The notes under the pieces: generated by a model | The model's input: the letters and a program-made list of their open reading frames with translations, nothing else | The model's database searches: none | What the model was told of the DNA's origin: nothing | Position numbers and translations under genes: made by a program | Shown: piece after piece, positions 16,551 to 28,628 of the stretch | How positions within the stretch are numbered: the stretch's first letter is position 1 | Layout of the letters: each line of letters begins with the position of its first letter | Assembly (NCBI GenBank): GCA_014654115.1 | Contig: JACWDO010000003.1 | Location: forward strand, 7,303 to 71,302 | Length of the DNA: 64,000 nt | From: Pelagibacterales bacterium SAG-MED17 | Lineage (GTDB): Bacteria; Pseudomonadota; Alphaproteobacteria; Pelagibacterales; Pelagibacteraceae | Direction: 5' to 3'

Positions 16551-18044
16551 TTATTCCATTGTTGGCATAATAAATTCAGGATTTGACCTTATGCCTGAAG
16601 GCCATCTAGAGGTAATAGTTTTTAATTTTGTATAGAATTTAATTCCTTCCATACCATGCATACCACTGTCTCCAAATAACGATCTTTTCCACCCACCAAA
16701 ACTATGAAAGGCCATAGGAACTGGAATTGGAACATTTATACCAACCATTCCAACTTGGATTTTGCTAGCAAAAGTTCTTCCAGCATCTCCATCTCTAGTA
16801 TAAATACTTACACCATTTCCATACTCATGCTCGTTTATCATCTTTGTTGCTTCTTCAAAAGTTTTTACTCTTACCACTGATAAAACAGGACCAAAAATCT
16901 CTTCTTTGTAAATTCTCATATTAGTAGTTACATTATCAAACAGGCATCCACCTATATAAAAACCATTTTCATACCCTTGAAGTTTTAAATCTCTGCCATC
17001 AAGAACTAACTTGGCTCCCTCTTTAACTCCTAAATCAACATAGCCTTTTACTTTTTCTAAATGTTGTTTTGTAACAAGAGGACCCATTTCTGAGGATTTA
17101 TCCATACCGGGACCAATTTTTAATGCTTCTGCCTTTTTTGCCAATCTAGATACTAACTCATCACCAATATCTCCAACTGCTACTGCAACAGACTGAGCCA
17201 TACATCTTTCACCTGCAGAACCATATGCTGCGCCCATTAAACCATTAACAGCACCTTCTAAATCACAATCGGGCATCACTACTAAATGATTTTTAGCTCC
17301 ACCTAATGCTTGAACTCTTTTTTCATTTTTAGCTGCATTCTCATATATGTATTTGGCTATTGGTGTTGATCCAACGAAACTTACAGCCTTAATATCATTG
17401 TTTGTGAGTATTGCATCTACAACTTCTTTATCGCCATTAACAACATTAAAAACTCCTTCAGGAAGACCAGCTTCATGAAGTAATTCCGCTAATCTCATTG
17501 GGCATGACGGATCTTTTTCGGATGGTTTTAGAATAAAAGTATTTCCACATGCAATAGCTAATGGAAACATCCACATTGGTACCATCGCAGGGAAATTAAA
17601 AGGCGTTATTCCAGCTGCTACACCTAATGGCTGTCTCATTGAATAACTATCAACATTGGTCCCAACATTCTCAGAAAATTCACCTTTTAGAACATGAGGA
17701 ATTCCACATGCAAACTCAACAACTTCTAATCCTCTTATTAATGATCCTTTTGCATCTTCATAAACTTTTCCATGTTCGGAGACTATTAACTTTGTTAATT
17801 CGTCAAAATTTTTTTCTATAAGTTCTTTAAACTTAAACATTATCCTAGCTCTCTGAAGTGCGGGCTTAAGTGACCATGTCTCAAAAGCTTGCTTTGCAAT
17901 CTCAACCGTTTTATCTAGATCTGATTTAGTGGCTAAAATAACCTCCGATTCTTGCTCTCCAGTAGCGGGGTTAAAAACTTGACTTTTTCTCTCTGAAGTA
18001 CCTGCTGTTAGTTTTCCACCAACAAAATGTTTGATTATATTCAT
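16551..18044 (-). CDS. mmsA: CoA-acylating (methyl)malonate-semialdehyde dehydrogenase
   Basis: ITPFNFPAMVPMW, YGSAGERCMA, INVPIPVP, FGGWKRSLFG (ALDH6/IolA family). Confidence 0.92.
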   Translation of the reverse strand: MNIIKHFVGGKLTAGTSERKSQVFNPATGEQESEVILATKSDLDKTVEIAKQAFETWSLKPALQRARIMFKFKELIEKNFDELTKLIVSEHGKVYEDAKGSLIRGLEVVEFACGIPHVLKGEFSENVGTNVDSYSMRQPLGVAAGITPFNFPAMVPMWMFPLAIACGNTFILKPSEKDPSCPMRLAELLHEAGLPEGVFNVVNGDKEVVDAILTNNDIKAVSFVGSTPIAKYIYENAAKNEKRVQALGGAKNHLVVMPDCDLEGAVNGLMGAAYGSAGERCMAQSVAVAVGDIGDELVSRLAKKAEALKIGPGMDKSSEMGPLVTKQHLEKVKGYVDLGVKEGAKLVLDGRDLKLQGYENGFYIGGCLFDNVTTNMRIYKEEIFGPVLSVVRVKTFEEATKMINEHEYGNGVSIYTRDGDAGRTFASKIQVGMVGINVPIPVPMAFHSFGGWKRSLFGDSGMHGMEGIKFYTKLKTITSRWPSGIRSNPEFIMPTME

Positions 18045-18068
18045 GACTAAAATTATTTAATTAAGTAA

Positions 18069-18839
18069 TTAAGCCGTTGCAAGCATTTTCTTTATCTCCG
18101 CAATAGCTTTAGCAGGATTCAAGCCCTTTGGGCAAGCATTTGTACAATTCAAGATGGTGTGGCATCTATAAAGCTTAAGTTCGTCAGCTACTTTTTTAAG
18201 TCGTTCTTTTCTATCTTCATCTCTACTATCAATTATCCACCTGTAAGCCTGAAGCAAAACAGCAGGGCCTAAATATTTTTCACCATTCCACCAATAACTT
18301 GGACAAGACGTCGAACAACATGCACACATTATACATTCATATAAACCATCTAATTTTGCTCTGTCATCTTTGGTCTGGATATTTTCTTTATGGTTTACTT
18401 TTGAGGTTTTTAGCCAAGGCTCAACAGACTCGTATTGTTTGTATAGTGTGCTTAAATCACCAATTAAATCCTTTAAAACTTTTAAATGTGGTAAAGGATA
18501 AATATCAATATCTCCATCTAATTCAGAATGGGCTTTAGTGCATGCTAAACCATTTTTTCCATTCATATTCATTGCACAAGATCCACAAACTCCGTGTGCG
18601 CAAGATCTTCTATAAGCAACTGAAGGATCAATTTCGTTTTTAATTTTATTTAAAACATCAAGGACTTTTGATGAGCAGTTGTCCATATCAACTTCATAGG
18701 TATCAAGCCTTGGGTTTTCATTTTTAGATGGATCCCATCTATAAACATTTACTTTTCTAATATTTTTTGAGCCTGTGTTATCTTTATAGTATTTACCTTT
18801 TTCTACCTTTGAGTTCGCTGGTAAATTGAATTGGACCAT
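18069..18839 (-). CDS. sdhB: Succinate dehydrogenase iron-sulfur subunit
   Basis: [34 protein letters not shown]. Confidence 0.98.
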   Translation of the reverse strand: MVQFNLPANSKVEKGKYYKDNTGSKNIRKVNVYRWDPSKNENPRLDTYEVDMDNCSSKVLDVLNKIKNEIDPSVAYRRSCAHGVCGSCAMNMNGKNGLACTKAHSELDGDIDIYPLPHLKVLKDLIGDLSTLYKQYESVEPWLKTSKVNHKENIQTKDDRAKLDGLYECIMCACCSTSCPSYWWNGEKYLGPAVLLQAYRWIIDSRDEDRKERLKKVADELKLYRCHTILNCTNACPKGLNPAKAIAEIKKMLATA

Positions 18840-20614
18840 TAATATACTCTTTCCTGTGGAGGAAAATATTGTACATCATTTGTTAATGTTGATCTATGAA
18901 CGGGTCTATAATTAATTTTGGTTTTTGAACCAGTACACCAAGAAAGAGTATGTTGCATAAAATTTTCATCATCTCTCTTTGGAAAATCTTCTCTTGCATG
19001 AGCTCCTCTACTTTCTTTTCTATGATAAGCAGAGTCCATTGTGGTGATTGCTTGTCTTATTAAGTTATCAAATTCTAAAGTTTCAACTAAGTCAGTATTA
19101 AATATTAGTGACTTGTCTTTGACAGATAAAGAGTCCATACCTTCATAAGGTTTTCTAATTTCATCAACACCTTCTTTTAAAGTTTTTTCTGATCTAAACA
19201 CAGCGCACTTGGATTGCATTGTTTTTTGCATTGAAAGTCTAAGTTCAGATGTTGGATTTGAACCCTCTGAATTTCTTAACTTATCAAACCTGTCTAAACA
19301 TCTGTCTGTTTCACTTTTATCAATTTCATCATGTTTCATTCCCGGTTTTATTAATTCTGCTGCTCTTTTCGCCGCTGCTCTACCAAAAACAACTAAATCT
19401 ATTAATGAATTTGAACCTAATCTATTTGCTCCATGAACAGAAACGCAGGCAGCTTCTCCTATTGCCATTAACCCAGGTACAGTTTTTTCAGATCCATTTA
19501 CCGTAAGAACTTCTGCTTTGTAATTTGTTGGTATTCCACCCATGTTATAATGAACTGTTGGTACTACTGGTATAGGTTCCTTGGTTACATCTACATTAGC
19601 AAATAATTTTGAAGCCTCTGAAATTCCTGGCAATCTTTCATCAATCACTTTTGGATCTAAGTGGTCTATATGAAGATGAACATGATCTTGTTCTTTTCCA
19701 ATACCTCTACCTTCATTAATTTCTACTGCAATTGATCTACTTACAACATCTCTGGATGCTAAATCTTTTGCTTTAGGAGCATAACGCTCCATAAATCTTT
19801 CTCCTTTTGAATTTACTAGATAACCACCTTCTCCTCTTACGCCCTCTGAAATTAAAGTTCCATGACCGTATATTCCTGTCGGATGAAACTGCACAAATTC
19901 CATATCTTGTAAGGGTAAGCCAGCTCTTAAAGCCATTGCATTACCATCTCCAGTGCAAGTATGGGCTGAGGTAGCAGAGTAGTAAACTTTTCCATAACCT
20001 CCTGTTGCTATAATTGTTGTGTGGGATCTAAATCTGTGAATTGTTCCATCATTAAGGTTCCAAGCAATTATACCTTTGCACGCTCCATCTTTCATTATTA
20101 AATCTAAAGCAAAGTACTCTATAAAAAATTCAGTATTATGTTTTAAGGCTTGTCCATATAATGTATGTAATATTGCATGACCTGTTCTATCTGCTGCTGC
20201 ACATGTTCTTTGAACTGTTTCATTTCCATAATTTTTTGTCATACCCCCAAAAGGTCTTTGATAAATTTTTCCTTCTTCAGTTCTACTGAAAGGTACCCCA
20301 TATTGTTCTAATTCAAGAACTGCAGCTGGCGCTTCCTTACATAAATATTCAATTGAGTCTTGATCTCCTAACCAGTCAGCACCTTTAACGGTATCATACA
20401 TGTGCCATCTCCAATCATCTTCACCCATATTTCCTAGAGCTGCAGATATACCACCTTGTGCTGCAGAGGTATGGCTTCTTGTTGGAAATACTTTTGACAC
20501 ACATGCAGTTTTTAAACCAGCCTCACTTAGTCCTACAGCAGCTCTTAACCCGGATCCTCCTGCACCAAGTACAACTACATCATATTCATGATCTATAATT
20601 TTATATGAACTCAT
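18839..20614 (-). CDS. sdhA: Succinate dehydrogenase flavoprotein
   Basis: [27 protein letters not shown]. Confidence 0.98.
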   Translation of the reverse strand: MSSYKIIDHEYDVVVLGAGGSGLRAAVGLSEAGLKTACVSKVFPTRSHTSAAQGGISAALGNMGEDDWRWHMYDTVKGADWLGDQDSIEYLCKEAPAAVLELEQYGVPFSRTEEGKIYQRPFGGMTKNYGNETVQRTCAAADRTGHAILHTLYGQALKHNTEFFIEYFALDLIMKDGACKGIIAWNLNDGTIHRFRSHTTIIATGGYGKVYYSATSAHTCTGDGNAMALRAGLPLQDMEFVQFHPTGIYGHGTLISEGVRGEGGYLVNSKGERFMERYAPKAKDLASRDVVSRSIAVEINEGRGIGKEQDHVHLHIDHLDPKVIDERLPGISEASKLFANVDVTKEPIPVVPTVHYNMGGIPTNYKAEVLTVNGSEKTVPGLMAIGEAACVSVHGANRLGSNSLIDLVVFGRAAAKRAAELIKPGMKHDEIDKSETDRCLDRFDKLRNSEGSNPTSELRLSMQKTMQSKCAVFRSEKTLKEGVDEIRKPYEGMDSLSVKDKSLIFNTDLVETLEFDNLIRQAITTMDSAYHRKESRGAHAREDFPKRDDENFMQHTLSWCTGSKTKINYRPVHRSTLTNDVQYFPPQERVY

Positions 20615-20943
20615 AAATTTAAGTTAAATATTAAGATAATTATTATTAATGGAAATACTATAGCAAAGATATTAAGTGTTTTATTTGCGGCATTTTTGAG
20701 TTTTTCGTTCTCAATATAGTCTTCAAAAACCTCACTAATACTTAATGCTGAAAAGAAGTAGGCGAATATTAAAAAAAGGCTAAATAAAAGTTTATTTGGC
20801 TGGGCAGATATAAATGTAGCTACCTCAACATAACTTTTGTCGTAAAATGAAGCCAAATTAAAAGCAAACCACATCATTAATGGAATTAAAATTGCTGAAG
20901 CAACTTTTAGGAATAACCATTTTTTTGTAACAGAACTAATCAT
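20611..20943 (-). CDS. sdhD: Succinate dehydrogenase hydrophobic membrane anchor
   Basis: Three hydrophobic segments, EVFEDY motif, position between sdhC and sdhA. Confidence 0.88.
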   Translation of the reverse strand: MISSVTKKWLFLKVASAILIPLMMWFAFNLASFYDKSYVEVATFISAQPNKLLFSLFLIFAYFFSALSISEVFEDYIENEKLKNAANKTLNIFAIVFPLIIIILIFNLNL

Positions 20944-21323
20944 AATAAATGTTGTCCAATCAAAAAAATTAAGATTGTAGTAGGAAAAGGTCCAATTAAC
21001 ACAATTAAACCGGTTATTTGTGTGGTTTTTTGCTCAAAACCATATCCTAAATCCATAATCAAATGTCTTATTTCGCTAAATATTTGAAACGTAAAAGACC
21101 AAATTATTCCAAGACATGCAAATTTCCCAAAAAAAGATGTCAAAAATAAACTTGTAAATGCATAATTTTGTTCACCCAATAAAAGTGAAGCTATCCATAA
21201 ACCTATTAAAGTTATAGTAAAAAAATTTATTATTCCAGTTACCCTATGAGATATTGAAACTAGAGAAGAGATATGCCAATTATAAATTTGTATATGGGGC
21301 GATAAAGGATTGTTATTTTCCAT
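20940..21323 (-). CDS. sdhC: Succinate dehydrogenase cytochrome b556 subunit
   Basis: PLSPHIQIY, SISHRVTG, IRHLIMD. Confidence 0.93.
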   Translation of the reverse strand: MENNNPLSPHIQIYNWHISSLVSISHRVTGIINFFTITLIGLWIASLLLGEQNYAFTSLFLTSFFGKFACLGIIWSFTFQIFSEIRHLIMDLGYGFEQKTTQITGLIVLIGPFPTTILIFLIGQHLL

Positions 21324-22323
21324 AAAAATCTTTTTCTATCAAAGATTCAGCAATTTCAACTGCATTTAGTGCAGCACCTTTTAATAAATTATCAGATACT
21401 ACCCATAAGTTAATTGAATTTAGTTGAGAAGAATCTTCACGAATTCTTGATATAAATGTTTCAAATTTATCTTCAGCTTCAACGGGAGTAATATATCCTC
21501 CATCTTTTTGCTCATCAACTACCTTGCATCCTGGAGATGATGATAAAACATTTCTCACCTCTTCTAAGTCATGTTGCTTATGAAATTCTACATTTAAACT
21601 TATAGAGTGGGAAACTAGAACAGGAATTCTCACACAAGTAGATGTTATATTTATTTTGGAATCTAAGATTTTTTTTACTTCATCATGATTTTTTTGTTCT
21701 TCTTTAGTACTTCCGTTTTCAAGAAAACTATCAATATGTGGAATTGCATTAAAAGCTATTTGCTTAGTAAAATTTTTAGACTCCACATTTCTATTTTCCA
21801 ATACTTCTTTTGTTTGAGATATAAGTTCGTCCATGCCAGCTTTTCCTGCGCCAGATACTGATTGATAAGTTGATGCCACTATTCTTTTAACATTATATAA
21901 ATCATGTAAAGGTTTGAGAGCTACAACTATTGGAATTACTGAACAATTGGCATTAGCTATAATATTTTTATTTTTAAATTTAGATAATTCTTTCGAATTT
22001 ACTTCTGGAACAATTAAAGGTATCTCTGGATCTTTTCTAAAGAATTTTGAATTATCAATTACAATTGTTTTTTCGGCAGCAATCGGTGCCCATTTTTCAG
22101 CAATTGACGAGCCAGCAGCAAAGAAAACAATCTTTACATTTGAGAAATCAAATTGTTCTAAATCAATAACAGTATGTTCTTTGCCTAAAAAATTTATTTT
22201 TTTTCCTGCACTATTAGAAGATGCAACTAAATAGGCCTCTGTTATTGGAAAATTTTTTTTTTCCAAAACTTCTATTAATTTTCGACCTACGTTTCCCGTT
22301 GCTCCAACTATTGCTATATTCAT
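21313..22323 (-). CDS. asd: Aspartate-semialdehyde dehydrogenase
   Basis: GATGNVG, ANANC, TYQSVSGAG, DNLLKGAALN. Confidence 0.96.
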   Translation of the reverse strand: MNIAIVGATGNVGRKLIEVLEKKNFPITEAYLVASSNSAGKKINFLGKEHTVIDLEQFDFSNVKIVFFAAGSSIAEKWAPIAAEKTIVIDNSKFFRKDPEIPLIVPEVNSKELSKFKNKNIIANANCSVIPIVVALKPLHDLYNVKRIVASTYQSVSGAGKAGMDELISQTKEVLENRNVESKNFTKQIAFNAIPHIDSFLENGSTKEEQKNHDEVKKILDSKINITSTCVRIPVLVSHSISLNVEFHKQHDLEEVRNVLSSSPGCKVVDEQKDGGYITPVEAEDKFETFISRIREDSSQLNSINLWVVSDNLLKGAALNAVEIAESLIEKDFYGK

Positions 22324-22342
22324 GATATTTTAGTGTTTTATA

Positions 22343-23452
22343 CTAAATGAAAGGTAAATCACAAACTTTTCCATCAAAATCAGAACCATTTATATTGATT
22401 TTAAAGGATTTTGAGGTCTCAAAGTGTGGTTTGTTAATCATGGCAATCCCAATAACTTGTTTGAACGTTGGATTGTAACAACCAGATCTTAAATCTCCTA
22501 TTACAGTATTATTTTCATCAACTAAATCCATTGAGCCATTTACGCTTATTTCTTTGGCATCAATTTTTACTCCCATAAGTTTTCTTTTTATTCCCTCAGA
22601 TTTAATTAGTTTTAATTTTTCTTTACCTAAGAAATCAACATCGCTATCTATATTAATGTACTTATCAAAACCACACTCAAATGGATTGTCTCCATTATCC
22701 ATATCATTTCCGTGCGAAAGTAATCCACTTTCAATACGTTCGATTAAGTTAGGGCCTCCTGGTTGAACATTAAATTCCTTACCAATTTCAAAAAGATGAT
22801 CATATAATTTTAAACCTGATTTATTGTGTTCAACATAAATTTCATAACCACCTTGTTTAGACCATCCGGACCTTGCAATTAAGTGCTTATCACCACCAAA
22901 TTCAAAATAATCAAAACCAAAGAATTTTAAGTTTGTAATTTTTTCTCCAAAAACTTTTTCCATTAATTTAAATGACTTTGGACCTTGTACTGCCATAATA
23001 TCAATATCAGGCTCAGCAATCTTAACATCAAAATTTTTTCCAATGGCTAATCCTTTTGCAAACAATATTACATCTGTATCAGCAATAGAAATCCACCATT
23101 TATTCTCATTAAACTTCAAAACGACTGGATCATTAATTAAACCAGCATTATCATCTATGATTGGACAGTAATAACATCTTCCTTCTTTTGATTTAGATAA
23201 ATCCCTGCAAGTCATCAACTGAACTAATTTTGCAGAATCTTTTCCTGTAATTTCAACCTGTCTTTCAGCAGCCACATCCCAAATTTGAACATTTTCTTTT
23301 AAATGATGATAAGAGTCTTCTACTGAACCAAATGCTGCTGGTAGCAACATATGATTATAAATACTGTAGGCAGTTACACCTTGTTTTTCAATTCTAGAAG
23401 TATAGGGTGTACCCCTAAGTCTTCTTGATTTTGCTATTAAAAAAGTTTTCAT
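22343..23452 (-). CDS. dmdA: Dimethylsulfoniopropionate demethylase (GcvT fold)
   Basis: 369 aa; [35 protein letters not shown] recognised as SAR11-type DmdA. Confidence 0.92.
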   Translation of the reverse strand: MKTFLIAKSRRLRGTPYTSRIEKQGVTAYSIYNHMLLPAAFGSVEDSYHHLKENVQIWDVAAERQVEITGKDSAKLVQLMTCRDLSKSKEGRCYYCPIIDDNAGLINDPVVLKFNENKWWISIADTDVILFAKGLAIGKNFDVKIAEPDIDIMAVQGPKSFKLMEKVFGEKITNLKFFGFDYFEFGGDKHLIARSGWSKQGGYEIYVEHNKSGLKLYDHLFEIGKEFNVQPGGPNLIERIESGLLSHGNDMDNGDNPFECGFDKYINIDSDVDFLGKEKLKLIKSEGIKRKLMGVKIDAKEISVNGSMDLVDENNTVIGDLRSGCYNPTFKQVIGIAMINKPHFETSKSFKININGSDFDGKVCDLPFI

Positions 23453-23502
23453 TTTTTTGGAGCATTACTGCCATCTTATTTGATTTTTGTAAAGAAACTA
23501 TA

Positions 23503-25131
23503 TTAGTTTAATTCTTTAGCTTGTTTTCTCAGTTCAAACTTTTGTATCTTTCCAGTGGATGTCTTTGGTAACGGAGCAAACACAACCTTCTTAGGAAGCT
23601 TAAATCCAGCAAGAGTTTCTCGACAAAATGTAATAATTTCCTCTTCTGAGCTTGATTTACCTTCGATTAATTCGACAAAAGCACAAGGTGTTTCTCCCCA
23701 TTTCTCATCAGGTTTAGCTACAACAGCTGCCAGTGAAACCGCAGGATGTTTTGATATTGTATTTTCTATCTCAATAGATGAAATATTCTCTCCACCTGAA
23801 ATTATAATATCCTTTGATCGGTCTTGAATTTTTATGTAACCACTTGGATGAGTTACAGCTAAATCACCAGAATGAAACCATCCTCCTTCCATTGATTTTT
23901 CTGTCGCTTCTTTATCTTTGAAGTAACCTTTCATTACTACATTTCCTCTGATCATAATTTCACCCATTGTTTTACCATCATAAGGTACGGGCTCCATTGT
24001 TTCTGGATCCATGACAATAACACCTTCTGTATTTGGATATCTTACACCTTGTCTTGCTCTAATTTCGTTCTGATTATCTTGATCTAATTCGTCCCAATCT
24101 TCATTCCAAGCACACTGCAAAATATGACCATAAGTTTCTGTAAGACCATATACATGCATTACTTCAAAACCTAATTTTTGCATTTTTTCAAAAATTATAC
24201 TCGGCGGAGGAGCACCTGCTGTTAATACATATACCTTTCTTTTTAACTCTTTTTGCTGATCCTGAGGGGCATTAGCTAACATATTTAAAACTATTGGTGC
24301 TCCACCAAAATGAGTGACTTCATACTTATCAATTAATTCAAATATCTTCTTTACATCTATATTTCTCAAACAAATTACTCGGCCATGTATCATTGACATT
24401 GTCCAAGGATAACACCATCCATTACAATGAAACATTGGTACTGTGTATAAAAAATTTAACTGGTTAGGCATATTCCATGCAACTGCACTTCCAGTTGCCA
24501 TTAAGTATGATCCTCTATGATGATAAACAACACCTTTTGGATTGCCTGTAGTTCCTGAGGTATATCCTAATGCTATAGCTTGCCACTCATCTTTTGGCAT
24601 TTTCCATTTAAAATTTTCATCTCCAGAATTTAAAAACTCTTCATATTCCAAAGATCCAATATTTTTAGAGTCTGGTATGTTTGCATCTTTGTCATCTATA
24701 TCAATTATAGTAATTTTTGAATTAACTTCTTCTAATGCTTTTTTGACTACATCATGAAACTGTCTATCTACTATTAATACCTTTGCTTCACTATGATTTA
24801 AAATATAACTAATTGTTTTAGAGTCTAGTCTTGTATTAATAGCATTAATAACTGCTCCAACCATTGGTATTGAATAATGGGCTTCAAATATCTCAGGTGT
24901 ATTAAATGCTAAAACAGATACCGTGTCGCCTGTTTTAATTCCCAATTTATCTAATGCACTAGCAAATTTAATACACCTTTTATAAACATCGCTCCAAGTG
25001 TATTTCCTACTTTCATAAACTACTGCTTCATAGTTTGGGTAAATGTCTTTTGCTCTTTCTAGAAATGATAAGGGGGTTAATGGAACATAATTGGCATTGT
25101 TTTTATCCAAATTTGTTTCATAAGGGCTCAT
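23503..25131 (-). CDS. dmdB: Methylmercaptopropionate-CoA ligase (AMP-binding acyl-CoA synthetase)
   Basis: YTSGTTGNPKG, PMFHCNGW, YGLTE; adjacent to dmdA. Confidence 0.8.
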   Translation of the reverse strand: MSPYETNLDKNNANYVPLTPLSFLERAKDIYPNYEAVVYESRKYTWSDVYKRCIKFASALDKLGIKTGDTVSVLAFNTPEIFEAHYSIPMVGAVINAINTRLDSKTISYILNHSEAKVLIVDRQFHDVVKKALEEVNSKITIIDIDDKDANIPDSKNIGSLEYEEFLNSGDENFKWKMPKDEWQAIALGYTSGTTGNPKGVVYHHRGSYLMATGSAVAWNMPNQLNFLYTVPMFHCNGWCYPWTMSMIHGRVICLRNIDVKKIFELIDKYEVTHFGGAPIVLNMLANAPQDQQKELKRKVYVLTAGAPPPSIIFEKMQKLGFEVMHVYGLTETYGHILQCAWNEDWDELDQDNQNEIRARQGVRYPNTEGVIVMDPETMEPVPYDGKTMGEIMIRGNVVMKGYFKDKEATEKSMEGGWFHSGDLAVTHPSGYIKIQDRSKDIIISGGENISSIEIENTISKHPAVSLAAVVAKPDEKWGETPCAFVELIEGKSSSEEEIITFCRETLAGFKLPKKVVFAPLPKTSTGKIQKFELRKQAKELN

Positions 25132-25132
25132 A

Positions 25133-26896
25133 CTAATTAAATTTATAATTCATAATATAATTACTTCCAGTAGTTGCAGTAATATAATTGCTATCTATTC
25201 TTGGAAGTATTCTATTATAGAAAAAATTAGCAGTTTGAATTTTATCCTCGTAAAAGTCTTTGTTGCTATCATATTCGTTGAAGGAAACTTCTAGAACTTT
25301 TAACCAAGCATGACCTGTTGCAACTAAGCCTAGAACTTTTAAGTAGTCATTACATGCTCCACTTGCATCTTCAGGAGAGTTTTTAATTTTTTCTTTTATC
25401 CAATCAGTAAATTTGGATAGAATTCCTAGATGGTAATGTAATTGTTTTACGAAGGGTTGGGCTCTTTCATCCTTAATATTAATTTCTTCTCTTACTAGGT
25501 TTATATATTTATCGATAACATCACCATTTCTATTAATTAATTTTCTGAAAACTAAGTCTGCTGCCTGAACAGAGTTTGTGCCCTCGTAAATAGGTGTAAT
25601 TCTGTTATCACGATAGAATTGTTCAATACCTTGGTCTTTTGTAAATCCATATCCTCCATGGATTTGCATTGCTTCACTAGTTATCTCCATTGCATTATCT
25701 GTAAACAGTGATTTAACGACTGGCGTCATCAACGAAACAAGATCAGATGCTTCTTGTTTTATTTTTTCATCTGAATGATTAAGACTTACCTCAATTTGTT
25801 GAGACAGCCAGAAGCTAAGCGCTCTTTGTCCCTCAATCATAGACTTCATATTTAATAAAGATCTTCTTATATCAACATGATCAATAATAAAATCTGCACC
25901 ATTATTTGATTTTGAATTATGTGCTTTACCTTGTTTTCTCTCTTTAGCGTAAGTAAGGGAGTTTTGGTAAGCTATCTCCGAGATACCTAAACCTTGTACA
26001 CCAACTATTATTCTTTCTAGGTTCATCATAGTAAACATAGAGTTTAAACCTTTATTTTTTGGTCCAATCATATAACCAACAGCTTCATCAAAATTTAAAA
26101 CACAAGTTGCAGATCCTTTAATGCCCATTTTATTTTCGATTGATCCTGTTGAAACTCCATTACGTGGTCCAACTGATCCATCTTTATTTAAAACAAATTT
26201 GGGAACTAGAAATAAACTAATACCTTTCGTACCTGCTGGTGCATCAGTTGATCTAGCTAAAACTAAATGAATAATATTTTCTGTTAAGTCTTGATCACCA
26301 GAAGTTATAAAAATTTTTTGACCGCTAATTTTGTAGGTTCCATCATTTTGGTCAACAGCTTTAGTTTTAAGAAGACCTAAATCTGTTCCACAAACAGGCT
26401 CTGTTAAACACATAGTGCCACTCCATTTACCTTCCACCATTTTAGGTAAATAAGTATTTTTTATTTCCTCATCTGCATGTCTTAACAGACAATTATAGGC
26501 ACCAATTGTTAGCTCGCTGTAAAGTTTGAATGATAAACTTGCTGATGATAACATTTCATCAAAAAATGTACTTACTGTTTTGGGCATTCCTTGACCACCA
26601 TATTTAGGATCGCAAGATAAAGATATCCATCCGTCCTCAATAAATTTTTGATAAGCTTCCTTATATCCTGGAGGTGTTCTAACTACTCCATTTTCTAAGA
26701 CTGCCGGTGTCTCATCTCCACTTTTTGCAAGAGGTAAGATTAAATTTTGAGTTATTTTTGCTGCTTCGTCTAATATATCTTTAACTAATTCTGTATTAAC
26801 TTCTTTGTATTTTTCAATTTCGTTATATTTTTTATTGTTCCTCAATTTGTCAAAGAGGAAAATCATATCGTCTACAGGTGCATTATAAGTTGGCAT
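25133..26896 (-). CDS. dmdC: Acyl-CoA dehydrogenase, probable MMPA-CoA dehydrogenase
   Basis: GTMCLTEP..GTDL, KIFITSG, IYEGTN; clustered with dmdA/dmdB. Confidence 0.78.
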   Translation of the reverse strand: MPTYNAPVDDMIFLFDKLRNNKKYNEIEKYKEVNTELVKDILDEAAKITQNLILPLAKSGDETPAVLENGVVRTPPGYKEAYQKFIEDGWISLSCDPKYGGQGMPKTVSTFFDEMLSSASLSFKLYSELTIGAYNCLLRHADEEIKNTYLPKMVEGKWSGTMCLTEPVCGTDLGLLKTKAVDQNDGTYKISGQKIFITSGDQDLTENIIHLVLARSTDAPAGTKGISLFLVPKFVLNKDGSVGPRNGVSTGSIENKMGIKGSATCVLNFDEAVGYMIGPKNKGLNSMFTMMNLERIIVGVQGLGISEIAYQNSLTYAKERKQGKAHNSKSNNGADFIIDHVDIRRSLLNMKSMIEGQRALSFWLSQQIEVSLNHSDEKIKQEASDLVSLMTPVVKSLFTDNAMEITSEAMQIHGGYGFTKDQGIEQFYRDNRITPIYEGTNSVQAADLVFRKLINRNGDVIDKYINLVREEINIKDERAQPFVKQLHYHLGILSKFTDWIKEKIKNSPEDASGACNDYLKVLGLVATGHAWLKVLEVSFNEYDSNKDFYEDKIQTANFFYNRILPRIDSNYITATTGSNYIMNYKFN

Positions 26897-26922
26897 ATAT
26901 ATACTTTAGAATAAATGATTAA

Positions 26923-28029
26923 TTATTGCAATTTTGAAATTATCGCATCTCCCATAGTAGATGTTGATACTTCTTTCATTCCTTTTGAAATTATATCTTT
27001 AGTTCTAAGTCCTTCATCAAGTACATCTTGAACTGCTTTTTCTAAAATATCTGCCTCTTTATCAAGGTCTAGAGAATATCTCAAAGCCATTGCAAAACTT
27101 AGTATTGTTGCTATTGGGTTGGCAATACCTTGGCCTGCTATATCAGGTGCCGATCCGTGAACTGGCTCATATAATGACCTCATATTACCATTTTTATCTT
27201 TTGCTCCAAGGGAAGCTGATGGCAAAAGTCCAAGAGAACCAGTCAACATTGCAGCCTCATCTGACAACATGTCACCAAATAAATTATCTGTAACAATTAC
27301 ATCAAATTGTTTTGGATTCCTGACTAACTGCATTGCACAATTGTCTGCTAACATATGTTTTAATTCTACATCGCTATATTCTTTTTCGTGAATTGCTTGA
27401 ACTTCTTCTTTCCATAATTGACCTGCTTCCATAACATTCGACTTTTCGCATGAAGTAACTTTATTGTTTCTTTTTCTAGCTAGATCAAATGCAACACGAG
27501 CCACTCTCTCAATTTCACTTGTAGTATAAACATGTGTGTTAATTCCTTTTCTTTCTCCATTATCTATTGGTTTTATTCCTCTGGGTTCACCAAAATAAAT
27601 CCCACCCGTTAATTCTCTAACAAATAGAATATCTAGATTAGATACAAATTCAGGCTTTAAACTTGAAGCATCTACAAGTTGTTTGAAACAAATTGCAGGT
27701 CTTAAATTTGCAAATAGTTTTAGTTCTTTTCTTAGCTTTAACAGGGCTCTTTCTGGCTTTTTTGAAAATTCAAGGTTATCCCATTTTGGGCCACCAACAG
27801 CACCTAATATCACAGCAGCACTTTCTTGTGCCTTGTAAAAAGCTTCATCAGTTATAGGAGACCCGTACTTGTCATAAGCAGCACCTCCAACTAAATCTTC
27901 ATCAATTTCAAAATCTAATGATTTATTTGCATTAAACCATTCTATTATTTTTTTTACTTCAGCAATCACCTCTGGTCCAATACCATCACCAGGTAAGAGT
28001 AAAATTTTTCTTTTTTTTATTTTAATCAT
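26923..28029 (-). CDS. leuB: 3-isopropylmalate dehydrogenase
   Basis: [28 protein letters not shown]. Confidence 0.97.
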   Translation of the reverse strand: MIKIKKRKILLLPGDGIGPEVIAEVKKIIEWFNANKSLDFEIDEDLVGGAAYDKYGSPITDEAFYKAQESAAVILGAVGGPKWDNLEFSKKPERALLKLRKELKLFANLRPAICFKQLVDASSLKPEFVSNLDILFVRELTGGIYFGEPRGIKPIDNGERKGINTHVYTTSEIERVARVAFDLARKRNNKVTSCEKSNVMEAGQLWKEEVQAIHEKEYSDVELKHMLADNCAMQLVRNPKQFDVIVTDNLFGDMLSDEAAMLTGSLGLLPSASLGAKDKNGNMRSLYEPVHGSAPDIAGQGIANPIATILSFAMALRYSLDLDKEADILEKAVQDVLDEGLRTKDIISKGMKEVSTSTMGDAIISKLQ

Positions 28030-28627
28030 TAAATATCCATGGTTTTTTTTCTTTTAAACTTTTTTCAAACGCATCCATCTGTTGTGATTTTTCTAATGAT
28101 AAAGCAATATCATCTAATCCCTCAAGTAAACATTTTTTTTTAAATGGATCAATATTAAATTTTATCTCGTTATTTCCATAAACAATTTTTTGTTCATTTA
28201 AATCTATGGATATTTCTTCTTTTCTATTTGAGTATTCTGATAATTCTTTTATTTTTTCTTCTTCTAAAATGATTGGCAAAATACCATTTTTAAAACAGTT
28301 ACTATAAAAAATATCTGCATAACTTGAGCTAATAACACATGTAATTCCAAAATCTAACAAGGCCCACGGAGCATGCTCTCTTGAAGAACCACATCCAAAG
28401 TTATTTCCAGCTATTAATATTTTTGAATTATTAAAAGGTTTATTATTCAATACAAAATCTTGAATCTCCTTTCCATTGTCATCATATCTCATTTCAAAAA
28501 ACAAATTTTTACCTAATCCAGTTCTTTTGATAGTCTTTAGAAATTGCTTTGGGATAATCATATCAGTATCTATGTTAACTATTGGGAGGTACGCCGGTAT
28601 ACTTTGCAGTTTATTAAATTTTTGCAT
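28022..28627 (-). CDS. leuD: 3-isopropylmalate dehydratase small subunit
   Basis: [24 protein letters not shown]; start moved to MQKF ATG at 28627, just after the leuC stop. Confidence 0.95.
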   Translation of the reverse strand: MQKFNKLQSIPAYLPIVNIDTDMIIPKQFLKTIKRTGLGKNLFFEMRYDDNGKEIQDFVLNNKPFNNSKILIAGNNFGCGSSREHAPWALLDFGITCVISSSYADIFYSNCFKNGILPIILEEEKIKELSEYSNRKEEISIDLNEQKIVYGNNEIKFNIDPFKKKCLLEGLDDIALSLEKSQQMDAFEKSLKEKKPWIFND

Positions 28628-28628
28628 T

